Position numbers and translations under genes: made by a program. This document shows, in pieces, positions 31,381 through 49,636 of a stretch of DNA of 64,000 nucleotides. The notes below the pieces were generated by a model. It saw nothing but the letters and a program-made list of their open reading frames with translations. It had not been told where the DNA came from and searched no databases. Every line of letters starts with the position of its first letter. The stretch's first letter is position 1. Location: the NCBI GenBank assembly GCA_002269645.1, contig NIVC01000032.1, forward strand, positions 1,364,001 to 1,428,000. Direction: 5' to 3'. The stretch comes from Macrostomum lignano (taxonomy: Eukaryota).

Positions 31381-32031
31381 AACTATAGAGAATTTTTCTA
31401 GTTAATAAGAAGGAATCATCTGGGAATTATTTAGCCCGTGGGAATGATGGAGAATGTATGTATGATCAGGGATACTGAAAGCAAGGTTCAGAGCCAGCTC
31501 AGAATAACAATTCTCACATGGAAGTCTTGCCCGATCAGGGAGAGCTTGCCGGGGCACAGACAAGCACCTGCTAGCAGCATGATCGTCGCAGCTTGAGCAG
31601 CGAACTTTCTGACGCCTCCTGCTGCGTCCGCGACTTGACCTGGGAGCAGCAGCAGCAGCAGCAGCCGGAGCATCTGCACTTAGAAGCAGAGACGGCGCCA
31701 ATTCCTCCGCTAGGTGGCCTTCTCCGCCTCGAACAGCGACTGCTTGCTGATTGCTGCTACTAGAGAAGTCAGGCAGATTGTGGAGACGCCAGCCGGCAAC
31801 TCTTTGGCGTAGAAATGCCCAGATCTGGCAAATTTGAACAGCTGACAGCCGATCGAAGTAGTTGGTTGGATTCCAGCTTTTGATCGCTACTATTATTATT
31901 ATCATTATGCCGAACTAATAACGATTGTGGATGTTGAAGAATTCTCAGATTTGAAGGCCGACGATCGGATTTCAGGCCGCGCCAAGTTGTACGCCTGGAG
32001 CAAGGCGGGGCGGCCTGTCTGGTCTGGCAAG

Positions 32032-34742
32032 GACATCTCGCTCGAGGCTCTGCCCGAAGTTGATGAACGCCAGAACTACGGCCGCCGCTGAAGGACACAC
32101 TTCGCCTGGTATACATCGCGTTTTTGCTTCACGGTGTGGGCATTCTGCTACCCTGGAATCTATTCATCAATGCCAAGGAGTACTTTGAGAACTACAAGCT
32201 CAACACGAACATCTCGCGCGAGGCGGACTACAGGCACAATTTTATGAACTACATCGGCCTCGGGTCTCAGCTGCCCAACATGCTCATGCTGGCTTGCAAC
32301 GTCTTCTTTCAGCCGTTGACGACCAGCGAAGGACAGGAAAAAACTGGCAGCAAAAATGCCGCACGTCGCATTATGCTGGTGATCCTGATCGAAGTTTGCG
32401 TCTGCGCCACCACCGTCATCATGGCCTTGGTGGACACGAGCGAATGCCGCGATTGTTCTTCGATGTCACGCTAATCAGTGTCATTGTGCTCAACTGTTGC
32501 ACCGGCGTCTATCAGTCCTCGGCGTTCGGCATGGCGGGTGTGCTGCCCATGACCTACTCCAGTGCGATCGTACTGGGTAAGGCGTCTATCGTGATGCTTC
32601 TCGTGCGTGTCGTAGGAATCAGGGGCGTCGCCACCGGGGGGGGGACATGTCACAGTAAAAGCTGTAGGGGGGTTATGCCAATGCTTTGTCCCCCTCACCC
32701 AACCTTGTGATCCGTTATGAAAATCAATAATTTTGCTTCAGGGTGACAAAATATAGTGCTGCAGCGCTTAAATGAGTGCCTGCGGCGCTAAAATGAGTGC
32801 CTGCGGCGCTAAATGAGTGCCTGCGGGCGCTAAAATGAGTGCCTGCGGCGCTAAAATGAGTGCCTGCGGCGCTAAAATGAGTGCCTGCGGCGCTAAAATG
32901 AGTGCCTGCGGCGCTAAAATGAGTGCCTACGGCGCTAAAATGAGTGCCTGCGGTGCTAAAATGAGTGCCTGCGGCGCTAAAATGAGTGCCCGCCGCGCAA
33001 AATGAGTGCCTGTGGCGCTAAAATGAGTGCCTGCAGCGCTAAAATGAGTGCCTGCGGCGCTAAAATGAGTGCCTGCGGCGCTAAAATGAGTGCCTGCGGC
33101 GCTAAAATGAGTGCCTGCGGCGCTAAAATGAGTGCCTGCGGCGCTAAAATGAGTGCCTGTGGCGCTAAAATGAGTGCCTGCGGCGCTAAAATGAGTGCCT
33201 GTGGCGCTAAAATGAGTGCCCGCCGCGCCAAAATGAGTGCCTGTGGCGCTAAAATGAGTGCCCGCCGCGCCAAAATGAGTGCCTACGGCGCTAAAATGAG
33301 TGCCTGTAGCTCTAAAACGAGTGCCTGTGGCGCTAAGATCAGTGCCTGAGGCGCTAAAACGAGTGCCTGCGGCGCCAAATGAGCGCTGACAACACCGATT
33401 CTGAAAATAATGTACATGTACATATAGAATTCTTGGCTCTGTCCCCCCAACCATAAAATCCATCGCGACCCCTGGTAGGAATCCCGCCCAGACCCCATGG
33501 TGACAAGGGAGATATTAGTTTATTAGCTAGTCACAGAACAGCTTTACATAAGTGCGCTGTTACTACTAATCCAAATCTCCGAGTATCTCTCTGGAGCCGG
33601 CACAGATATGGGGTGACGGAGGCCCACAAAATTTAGCAAACTTTTGCTCATCACTTTCCAGCAAGCTTAAACATGCCACTTAAAATTCACTTGAAGCACT
33701 GAAGCATTTTAACGTCGTTTTACGCAACGCAGGTAACAACATCTGCGGAACAGTGGTTGCCATTGTGAACATTGTTAGTCGGCTGGCATCTTCGCAGAAT
33801 CTGCAAATGACCGCCGTTGGCTATTTCTCATTCTCTGTCGTACTGCTACTCATCTGCTTCTCCTCGCTCCTCATATTGCCGAAGCTGCCGTTCTATCGGC
33901 ACTACCAGCAGCCGCCGTCGCAAACCATTCGTCTGAGAGGACCTGCGACAACTGAGCAGACGTCTTTCGAATCGGACGACTCAACTGAAACTTAAACGGA
34001 TGCTGCGATGAGAATCTGGAAACTGTCAGGGCTTGTTGTGCTTTGTGCTGTATCCGAAGGGACCTGTGGCTGCGTGCTCCAGGTGAGCCAGCCGATTTTT
34101 TTAAAGAGTTTCCGATTTCCAAGTCCATTGAATTTGGTAAAACAGCTGTGTCGTCAAAGTTGAATTCATAACTTTGAACCACAATTTCAGATACTGGCAG
34201 AGATACCTGGCTGCCTTCAAAGAGTGCTGGGTTCACTGCCTCAGCGTCTGGTCGACATTCTTCTGCACGTGGCCTGCTTTCCAGCCGTTCAATCGGCCAT
34301 CCGTCCGGTCCAGCTGCTGTCCATAGAGGCCTGGTTCACCGACATCTTCGTGTTCCTCGGCTTCAACCTGTTCGCCATGCTGGGCAGTCTGGCGTCAAAT
34401 TTTGTACAATTCCCAAAACCACGCTGGCTGGCACTGGCCGTGTGGATTCGAACCCTAATCTTCATACCGTTCTTCATCATGTGCAACTGTTTCCCGGACA
34501 ACCGGGCCCCGGCATTCCCGGTGGTCATCGCTAATGACTACGTGTTCACGGCTGGCATGGTGTTGTTCGCTTTCACCGGCGGCTACTTCAGCGCCCTCTG
34601 CATGATGTACGCGCCAAGGGACGTGAAGAATCCAAAGCACGCGGCATTGGCTGGCATGGTGTCGTCATTCTTCCTGGTCTCCGGCATCTTCTGCGGAGTG
34701 GCCTTCGGTGGAGTGCTGTTCAATGTGGTGCAGGCGCATTAG
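32032..34742 (+). pseudogene. ENT copy 2: 5'-truncated, with multiple frameshifts
   Basis: Lacks the ATG; 1-nt deletion at CCAGAACTAC; further small indels at ~32446, ~33925-33995, ~34055, ~34130 and ~34265 relative to copies 1/3. Confidence 0.88.
32620..33474 (+). mobile_element. hAT-type MITE with an internal 21-bp minisatellite (ENT intron 1, unit 2)
   Basis: TSD GTAGGAAT on both sides; CAGGGG...CCCCTG termini. Confidence 0.9.
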
Positions 34743-36891
34743 GCCGCTTAGAAAATTCCAAGTATATCAACTTATGGATGGAGCAAATAGTCAAGCTGCA
34801 TAAAGCTCGTCACTCTTAATGTCTCGATGTTAAAAAATCTTAAAAATATGTTACTTTTTCTAGAGCAGCTAGCTGACGTATTTCTATATTACAACTTCTA
34901 GTTCCATAAGCTCAGATATAACTTTGTTATAGTGCGTCATAATTTCCGGTGTTGCAGTCGTTGATTTCTGGCTAGAGACAGATTATAACAATTTAGTAAG
35001 ACCCCTTTAAATCAAATTGCTATTCGATTAGACGCTCCAGTACTTTCTGGTGACCCTATTTGTCATTGACGTTGGCTAATTTTATAGCTTCAATTTTTGG
35101 CCTCCATCTAGCTGGTTGAGTTTTGTCACGTCAACGAAGAAAACTTGTTTGCAGTTCAATTTTTGCGTATCTGTCACTCTTTTGGTGTATTTTTTGTTAA
35201 ATTAAACTATATTTAGGCTGTAAGCTATCGTGATGAAACTATAACTCAGTACTTCAATACAATTAGTAAATATGTAATATCATGCAATGTCAATTAATTT
35301 GAATATGGTGATTAATGCGCAACAGCTAGAATTCATTGCTGCATACTGAGAATTATAATACTTTACCAAATGTTTCTGCTGATTCTGGTTGCTGAATTTT
35401 GAAAGTCTGAGAGACCCTATAGATCAAACATTAGCTACTTAATAAGTAGTACGAGTATAAGCATGATTCAATTTTGATTGGTCAGTTGCGTTAAAATATA
35501 CTGATATTCCTCTATATGTGCTACTCATATTGTTGAAGTAAGTAAGTAAAGCGTTTTTTATTATTTAATGACTTTCAAATTCAAATTGATATGACAAATA
35601 TGCATTACCCCTGAGTTTACGTCCGCCAGCATTGCAAGTTAAGCCGAGTTGCTCCTGGTTAGTGCACACAGTTGAAGTTGCTATGCTTGTGTCCAGGGAG
35701 TCTTTCAGCGACCAGGTTTCGGCGTTCGACCACTGCCTCCTAGAACAAAGCCGCCCTCTGGCGGCTATAAGAATTTGACCCACAGGACCGCTTTTACAGC
35801 AGGAAACACGACGCCCATACAAGCTCTAATCAACATTGCGGACGTCAAGAACCAGACCGCCGAGGTAGACGAACTGCTGGTGCCATGAGAATCTCTCTCA
35901 CCCTAAAAATCTCTCTCACCTTGAGAATCTCTCGCCTGGAGAATCTGTCACCTAGAGAATCTCTTACCGGGAGAATCTGTCACCTGGAGAATCTCTCATC
36001 TTGATCATCTCTCGCCTGGAGAATATCTCACCTTGAGAATCTCTCACCTGGAAAATCTCTCACCTTGAGAATCTTTCCCTAAAGAGAATCTCTCACCTTG
36101 AGAATCGCTCACCTTGAGAATCTCTCAACTTGAGAATCTCTCACCTTGAGAACCTCTCACCATGATAATCTCTTGCCTGGAGAATCTGTCACCTGGAGAA
36201 CCTCTCATCTTGTTAATCTCTCGCCTGGAGAATATCTCGCCTGGAGAATCTCTTACCTGGAGAATCTCTCACCTGGAGAATCTCTCACCTGGAAAATCTC
36301 TCACCTGGAGAATCTCTCACCTGGAGAATCTCTCACCTGGGGAATCTCTCACCTTGAGAATGTCTCTCACCCTGATAATCTCTTGACTGGAGAATCTGTC
36401 ACCTGGAGAATCTCTTACCTGGAAAATTTCTTATCTTGATAATCTCTCGCCTGGAGATTCTCTCACCTAGAGAATCTCTCACCTGAAAAATCTCTCACCT
36501 GGAAAATCTCTCACCTGGAGAATCTCTCACCTGGGGAATCTGTAGAACCTGCCTTAAAATCCACCATTTTAACGAACTCGCAAGGCTTGTTATGAACAGC
36601 TAAACAGCAAAATTTAAAATTTAAAAAATTTTAATTTTTTAGATTCAATTAACAAAAGCCTATTCTGCGAGAAGAGAAATTATTACAAAGATGAAATTTC
36701 TTGTTTAACTAAGAGTTCGCAAAATTGTTTCAATGCCACATTCGACGCTAATTATCGAGCAACAGGTGTTTTCGAGTCACATGACCTTAATTATGTAATT
36801 CTGTTTTATTTAAATCGATAACCTCTGAAACGGCTAAAAGGTTTAAAATTATTTCATCCAGCTCGACACCTGCTGGCCGCCTGTTTCTACA

Positions 36892-42944
<6,053 letters not shown>

Positions 42945-43689
42945 TTGAAGATTTACATAATAAAATTAACTAACATTACAAAACAGTTTAAAATCTTAAC
43001 AATGTAATCAGTTGTCGGCAACCTTTTTACTTCAAGGGCCAAATATAAAAGTCTTGATGATTGCTGCGGGCCGGATGATAGATGACAGATTAGAGAGGTG
43101 AGAGAAAAGATTAGATAAAAGATAAGAGATGAGATGAGAGGAGAGAGCTGAGAAGAGACACAAACCTTGAGCGGGCTGGATTGCTATAGTGAAGTTTCAA
43201 AGGATCAAAGGAATTGTTTCAAAGGCCGGATAGAGAGGTGAAATACATATTTCACCCCTACACTTCTACGGTAAAATTACCCCTGCACTATTAATTTTAA
43301 CGGTTTTCCTTAATTAACGGTTTTAATTTTAACGACTTCTGCTATCCAATTCTACTGTATTATTACAGTTTTGCACTTAACTCATTAGTATCGCAAAAAC
43401 GAAAAATAAATCCGATAAAATCACTCACAAAAGTAGATAAACTTCGTTAACAGAAAATGTTCAAATTTTTTTCAAACAAAAACCTGAAGTAAATTATAAC
43501 AAAATAATAGAAATATGTCAATGGTTTGGAATGTTTAAAACAATCTTTGAGATAAAATCGGTCTGGAATTTATTGAAATCGGCATAAAAAACTGTGAGCT
43601 TGGAAATTATAGTGCTTATTAAATACTAGGCAGTATAATTATAGTTTGAAAGATATAAGAAGCGTAATACATGATAATATATACACCAC

Positions 43690-44544
43690 TTTTGGTTTTG
43701 TCTCGCATAGAGACGCCTAACCGCAGTCACTTCTGTGAAACTTGTCTCTGCCTGGCTGAAAGCTTGTAATGAGTGAGTAGGCTGGGTTGGAGGGTAATAG
43801 TGGATCGGGAGGGGCTGTGGGTAGCTGTATAGGAAGGCAGGCCTATACCTGTACCAAGGTGCTCTGACGGTATCCCTCAGGCGCCCTCTGAGCGTACAGC
43901 CAGCGACCCTATTAAAGCAGGAGTGTGCCAGAACCAGGACTGAGTCTGAGCAGGACGAGACCGTTGGCACGATCATAATAGAAATGGCGGGTTGGCGAAG
44001 CAAAGGGTGAAATAGTCCCGGCGATTAGCCCTCCTGCCGCTTCAAAGATAAGAGAGTGTCTGTTGGCAAGAGTACCCGGGGTTTAGTAGGGGGGGAGGCT
44101 CCTTCGGGTTGCCACGGCCGTGGGGGCGGTCTTATGACCGGTGTTTTGGCCTTTCTAACCCAGGAGAAGGCACGGGCTCCCCTGAATGGTTCTCTCTTCC
44201 CCCTCTAGCCTCGGGGAGGTTTATGATTTGTACCCGGGGGTGGTGGGCGGTCGGCCCCAGCATGGTAGCCACGGCTCTAGGCCTTCGGGCCACCCCTAAT
44301 AGGCATGGGTGTCTATCTAACCTGGTTTTTGGGCACGGGCTTCCTGACTGGTATGTCGTTCCGCTGTCACTGTCCCCCGGGGAGGTTTGGTTTTTTTGAT
44401 ACTGCCCTGTACAGTCCTCTATAGTCTAACTTGGCTTTTAGTGTACTTTAGTACACTCCCTAATAGGAAACTCATTTAGTCTAGTGGCGTAAGAGCCTAT
44501 TTCAATGGCTGAGGCGCCGGAGCACTTATCTTAGTTAGTTAGTT
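43690..44544 (+). mobile_element. 855-bp retroposon-like insertion unique to unit 2
   Basis: 13-bp direct repeat ATATATACACCAC on both sides (43677-89, 44545-57) with a single copy at the empty sites (~27758, ~61370). Ends in a short (TTAG)n tail; no TIRs. Confidence 0.8.
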
Positions 44545-45991
44545 ATATATACACCACGCAAAAAGTGAGTTAGATAAGCAGTGAAATAAATAAATAATTC
44601 CGGAAAAAATTACTAATTAACCTGCTAATTATTTCGGTTGAAAGGAGATTCAATGTGACAACAGCTTGCCGGTAAATAAGAAGATAGGGTAAGAGTAAAA
44701 CACGACAACAGATATGAGAATGTTTGCAACATATTTTAATTTGAAGGCACACGAAATAAAGGAAAAAGTAATCAAGTTTTTAATTATGAGCAACAATGCT
44801 CGATAAAAACCTGCTATGCTTGCACAATAGATTTGAGATTGCAAATAGAATTTCTGTATATATTATTACAGATAGTGCACCTGAATATTGCAAAAATAAA
44901 TTATTGAATTAATAAATTATTGCTCTAAAAACTGCAGTTTTTTTAAATAAGAAATTATTACAAGCAAAGATTTGAAGAAATGTTTAACTTGCTTAAAGCA
45001 GCAATTTTTGGTTTATTTTTTTGTTAAATTGGCTGAGCTCAAATTGCTCATCAATAAGTTTTTACCAATTTTGACTCTCTGATGTGCCAGCGGCCCAGGC
45101 TCGATTCCAAGTGCAGTCACATTAATTTGGGGCTAAATTGGAATCTCGGCTTGGCTCTGCTCATGCAATTAATGTCATTAAGAGCCAACCCCCCAAGGCG
45201 CAGTGAAGTGTACATGCCCAACGATTAATAAAGTTAAGGCCGCTGTACACTCCTGTGTGTGTGCCTGTGCGTATGACTGCGTACGTATCCGCGCGCTTGT
45301 GTGCCTGCTCAGGGGAGTCGGCGGAATGGGGGCAGCAATGCCTCTCGCCGGTTGTGCGACAATGTCGCTTAAAGTGCGCCCGAGTGCATACAGCTCCCTG
45401 CCTCTGATAAAAAATCTCTTCAGTGCATTTTTCAAGCGAATTGTCTATGGCCCAACCCCACTGAGCTGTAACTCAGTTTGAAACCGGCACTGCAGATAAA
45501 GTTGTTTTTTTACTTTAGTCATTGAATTGTCTATGGCCCAACCCCACTGAGCTGTCACTCAGTTTGAAACCGGCACTGCAGATAAAGTTTGTTTTTTTAC
45601 TTTAGTCATTGAATTGTCTTTGGCCCAACCCCACTGAGCTGTCACTCAGTTTGAAACCGGCACTGCAGATAAAGTTTGTTTTTTTACTTTAGTCATTGAA
45701 TTGTCTATGGCCCAACCCCACTGAGCTGTAACTCAGTTTGAAACCGGCACTGCAGATAAAGTTGTTTTTTTACTTTAGTCATTGAATTGTCTATGGCCCA
45801 ACCCCACTGAGCTGTCACTCAGTTTGAAACCGGCACTGCAGATAAAGTTTGTTTTTTTACTTTAGTCATTGAATTGTCTATGGCCCAACCCCACTGAGCT
45901 GTAACTCAGTTTGAAACCGGCACTGCAGATAAAGTTGTTTTTTTACTTTAGTCATTGAATTGTCTATGGCCCAACCCCACTGAGCTGTCAC

Positions 45992-48900
45992 TCAGTTTGA
46001 CCCCAGCGAGGCGGCAGATTTTGGCCTCGGCAGCCGACTGGCAGAAGTCGATCGAAATTTTCTAGCAACAGCACCGGAGCTTTGCCGCTGCTCAGTTTGA
46101 GACGCCGGCATAGGCCAGTAGTTGCGGCGCCGATTGGCATGTTGCCGATGTTGCTGCTTTTGCATCAGCTGGAGCCGGTCAAGAAGACTGCATAGGCGAG
46201 CTAACGAATTCAAACTGGCTGGTGTGCCCTGTCTCAGCAGGGCTAGCGGGCGATAGTTACGCTTGAGTAGGTCGGTGTTTGAGCACAGGTGCTTTAGCCA
46301 GGCTGACAAGAAACCGGCACTGCAGATAAAGTTTGCTTTTTTACTTTAGTCATTAAATTTGAGCACAAATGCTAGGAAAGCAAATTCCATTAATCTCTTA
46401 ACCATGCAATCTAATCAAAACACTTATTGACAATCCACTAGGGTTGTAGCCTCCTCAAGACTCACGACTGAAAGGTTAGGGGTTCGATTCCCGATCCCAC
46501 TGGAACAATTTGTGTCCTTGAGAGCAAGACACTCAACTCTGCATTGCTTGAGTTCACCCAGCTGTAAAATGGGTGCCAGCATTAGCTGGGGTAATTGAGG
46601 GTGTGTGGCGACCCCCCCTCCCAGTCCTCGGACTGCACAGCCGTACGCAGCCTTCAGACTGCGCCGCGCAAATAGCTGCGGCTGAGCTGTCGGTTGCACA
46701 TCTGCCTATTATGACAGGTGTAATCTATTAACTATCAAATCACTCACTTCAAACAGGCAACGACAAAGGCATCGAATCGGCCCTGTTCGCCATTTGATTC
46801 GCTTTTCGAAGCATTTATTTGACGCACAATGGCCGACAGCTTTAGACCAATCGGTACTGCGGAAATTTGGAAATGTTAAATCAATAGATTGAGACGCAAA
46901 GCAATCGAACCCCCCTCGTTCGTGGGTTCTGAGACTCACCGCAACTTGCACAAGACTCTTCAACCAGCAGACACAGCGGCGAAGCCATCAGTCTGCTTTT
47001 CTTTAACAGCAGACTTCTCTGTTGAACAGTTCTAGCCTTGCTAACATTGCCGCCAAATTGGTTGACAAATTCGGCTGTGGACCAAGCGCTGGACATTGCT
47101 AAACCGTTGCTAACTAAACTGTACAATGAGCGGCACAGTAAACCTACAATAACAGATGAAGATTGACCGTTGCTAGGCAAACTGCAGATCGATATCAGCT
47201 GTTCGACAGCAGACGCGGCTTGAGCAGACAATCGATTGAGTTGGCGAGTAGGCGATTCGGGAACTGGAAGGCGAGACGGTGCAGCAGTTTGAGCCGGTTT
47301 GCTGGACACAGGCGAGCCGCAAAATTCCAACGGCGGGCTGTCCTCGTCGTCGCCATAGAGACCAACTGACTGGGGTATTACCTGGTCTCGGGAAATATTG
47401 TTGAGCACGGGGGAGTTTGAGCACGGATTGATTGGTTAATTAGTCTTCAGGATGTCAAGTTAGTCTATAGGAAGCTATATCTATCTTTGGGATTTTTCAG
47501 TTAGCCAGTAGGAAATACGGGGAATTTTGTTAGAATTAGTCAGTGGGAATCATGGGGAATTTTTTAGAATTAGTTAGTGGGAATCATGGGGAATGTTTTT
47601 AGAATTAGTCAGTGGGAATCATAGGGAATTTTTTAGAATTAGTTAGTGGGAATCATGGGAAAATTTTTTTAGAATTAGTCAAAGGGAATCATAGGGAATT
47701 TTTTAGAATTAGTTAGTGGGAATCATGGGAAAATTTTTTTAGAATTATTCAAAGGGAATCATGGGGAATTTATTAGAATTGGTCGAAGGGAATCATGGGG
47801 AATTTTTGAGAATTAGTCAGTGAGAATCATGGGAATTTTGTTTAAATTAGTCAGTGGGAATCATGGGGAATTTTTTAGAATTAGTCAGTGGGAATCATGA
47901 GGAACTTTTTTAGAATTAGTCAATGGGAATCATGGGGAATTTTTTAGAATTAGTCAGTGGGAATCATGAGGAACTTTTTTAGAATTAGTCAGTGGGAATC
48001 ATGGGGAATTTTTTAGAATTAGTCAGTGGGAATCATGAGGGACTTTTTAAAAATAGTCAGTGGGAATTCATGGGAACTTTTTTAGAACTAGCCAACGGGA
48101 ATCATGGGGAACTTTTTTAGAACTAGCCAACGGGAATCATGGGGAACTTTTTTAGAACTAGCCAATGGGAATCATGGGGAACTTTTTTAGAACTAGCCAA
48201 CGGGAATCATGGGGAACTTTTTTAGAAATAGCCAATGGGAATCATGGGGAACTTTTTTAGAACTAGTCAACGGGAATCATGGGGAACTTTTTTAGAATTA
48301 GTCAACGGGAATCATGGGGAACTTTTTTAGAATTAGTCAGTGGGAATCATGGGGAACTTTTTTAGAATTAGTCAGTGGGAATCATGGGTAACTTTTTTAG
48401 AACTAGTCAACGGGAATCATGGGGAACTTTTTTAGAATTAGTCAGTGGGAATCATGGGGAACTTTTTTAGAATTAGTCAGTGGGAATCATGGGGAACTTT
48501 TTTAGAATTAGTCAGTGGGAATCATGGGGAACTTTTTTAGAACTAGCCAACGGGAATCATGGGGAACTTTTTTAGAATTAGTCAGTGGGAATCATGGGGA
48601 ACTTTTTTAGAATTAGTCAGTGGGAATCATGGGGAACTTTTTTAGAACTAGTCAACGGAAATCATGGGGAACTTTTTTAGAATTAGTCAGTGGGAATCAG
48701 GGGGAACTTTTTTTAAAATTAGCCAATGGGAATCATGGGGGACTTTTTTAGAATTAGTCAGAGAGAATCAGGGGGAATTTTTGAGAATTAGTCAGTGGGA
48801 AATTGGAATCATGGGGAACTTTTTTAGAATTAGTCAATGGGAATCATGGGGAATGTTTTTATAATTAGTCAGTGGGAATCATGGGGAATTTTAATCAGTG

Positions 48901-49636
48901 GGAACTATAGAGAATTTTTCTAGTTAATAAGAAGGAATCATCTGGGAATTATTTAGCCCGTGGGAATGATGGAGAATGTATGTATGATCAGGGATACCGA
49001 AAGCAAGTTTCAGAGCCAGCTCAGAATAACAATTCTCACATGGAAGTCTTGCCCGATCAGGGAGAGCTTGGCCGGTGGCACAGACAAGCACCTGCTAGCA
49101 GCATGATCGTCGCAGCTTGAGCAGCGAACTTTCTGACGCCTCCTGCTGCGTCCGCGACTTGACCTGGGAGCAGCAGCAGCAGCAGCAGCCGGAGCATCTG
49201 CACTAGAAGCAGAGACGGCGCCAATTCCTCCGCTAGGTGGCCTTCTCCGCCTCGAACAGCGACTGCTTGGATTGCTGCTACTAGAGAAGTCAGGCAGATT
49301 GGTGGAGACGCCAGCCGGCAACTCTTGGCGTAGAAATGCCAGATCTGGCAAATTTGAACAGCTGACAGCCGATCGAAGTAGTTGGTTGGATTCCAGCTTT
49401 TGATCGCTACTATTATTATTATCATTATGCCGAACTAATAACGATTGTGGATGTTGAAGAATTCTCAGATTTGAAGGCCGACGATCGGATTTCAGGCCGC
49501 GCCAAGTTGTACGCCTGGAGCAAGGCGGGGCGGCCTGTCTGGTCTGGCAAGGACATCTCGCTCGAGGCTCTGCCCGAAGTTGATGAACGCCAGAACTACG
49601 GCCGCCGCTGAAGGACACACTTCGCCTGGTATACAT
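45992..49636 (-). CDS. Predicted chimeric ORF: ENT-antisense-derived N-terminus fused to the RUN-domain gene (491 aa)
   Basis: Exons 49636-49040, 47381-46940, 46856-46748, 46319-45992 (1476 nt), GT-AG and stop-free. The first ~28 codons come from the reverse strand of ENT exon 1. Expression is unknown. Confidence 0.5.

Larger units (their letters stand above)
29035..32031 (-). pseudogene. RUN-domain protein (RUSC/NESCA-Iporin-like), 5'-truncated copy 1 with frameshifts
   Basis: Exons ~32031-31518, 30747-30306, 30222-30114, 29361-29035. LCRSLYSLVSNGL..SAWS.., GRFDAFVVACLNAGFLSAWLKHLCSNTDLLKRNYRPLALL fit RUN blocks. There is a 1-nt deletion at ~29230 and several indels at 31550-31820. The 5' end is cut by the duplication junction. 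Confidence 0.72.

Noticed and set aside
43900-44010. Tyrosine-recombinase C-terminus (I..MAGWRS) suggesting a DIRS/Crypton element
   Set aside because: No HxxR motif or catalytic Tyr; the 13-bp TSD and tail argue against it.
44100-44400. HDV-like ribozyme (minus-strand ACCTCCCCG.GG resembling P3/L3)
   Set aside because: P3 has only 2 bp and no matching P1/P2 partners were found by eye.
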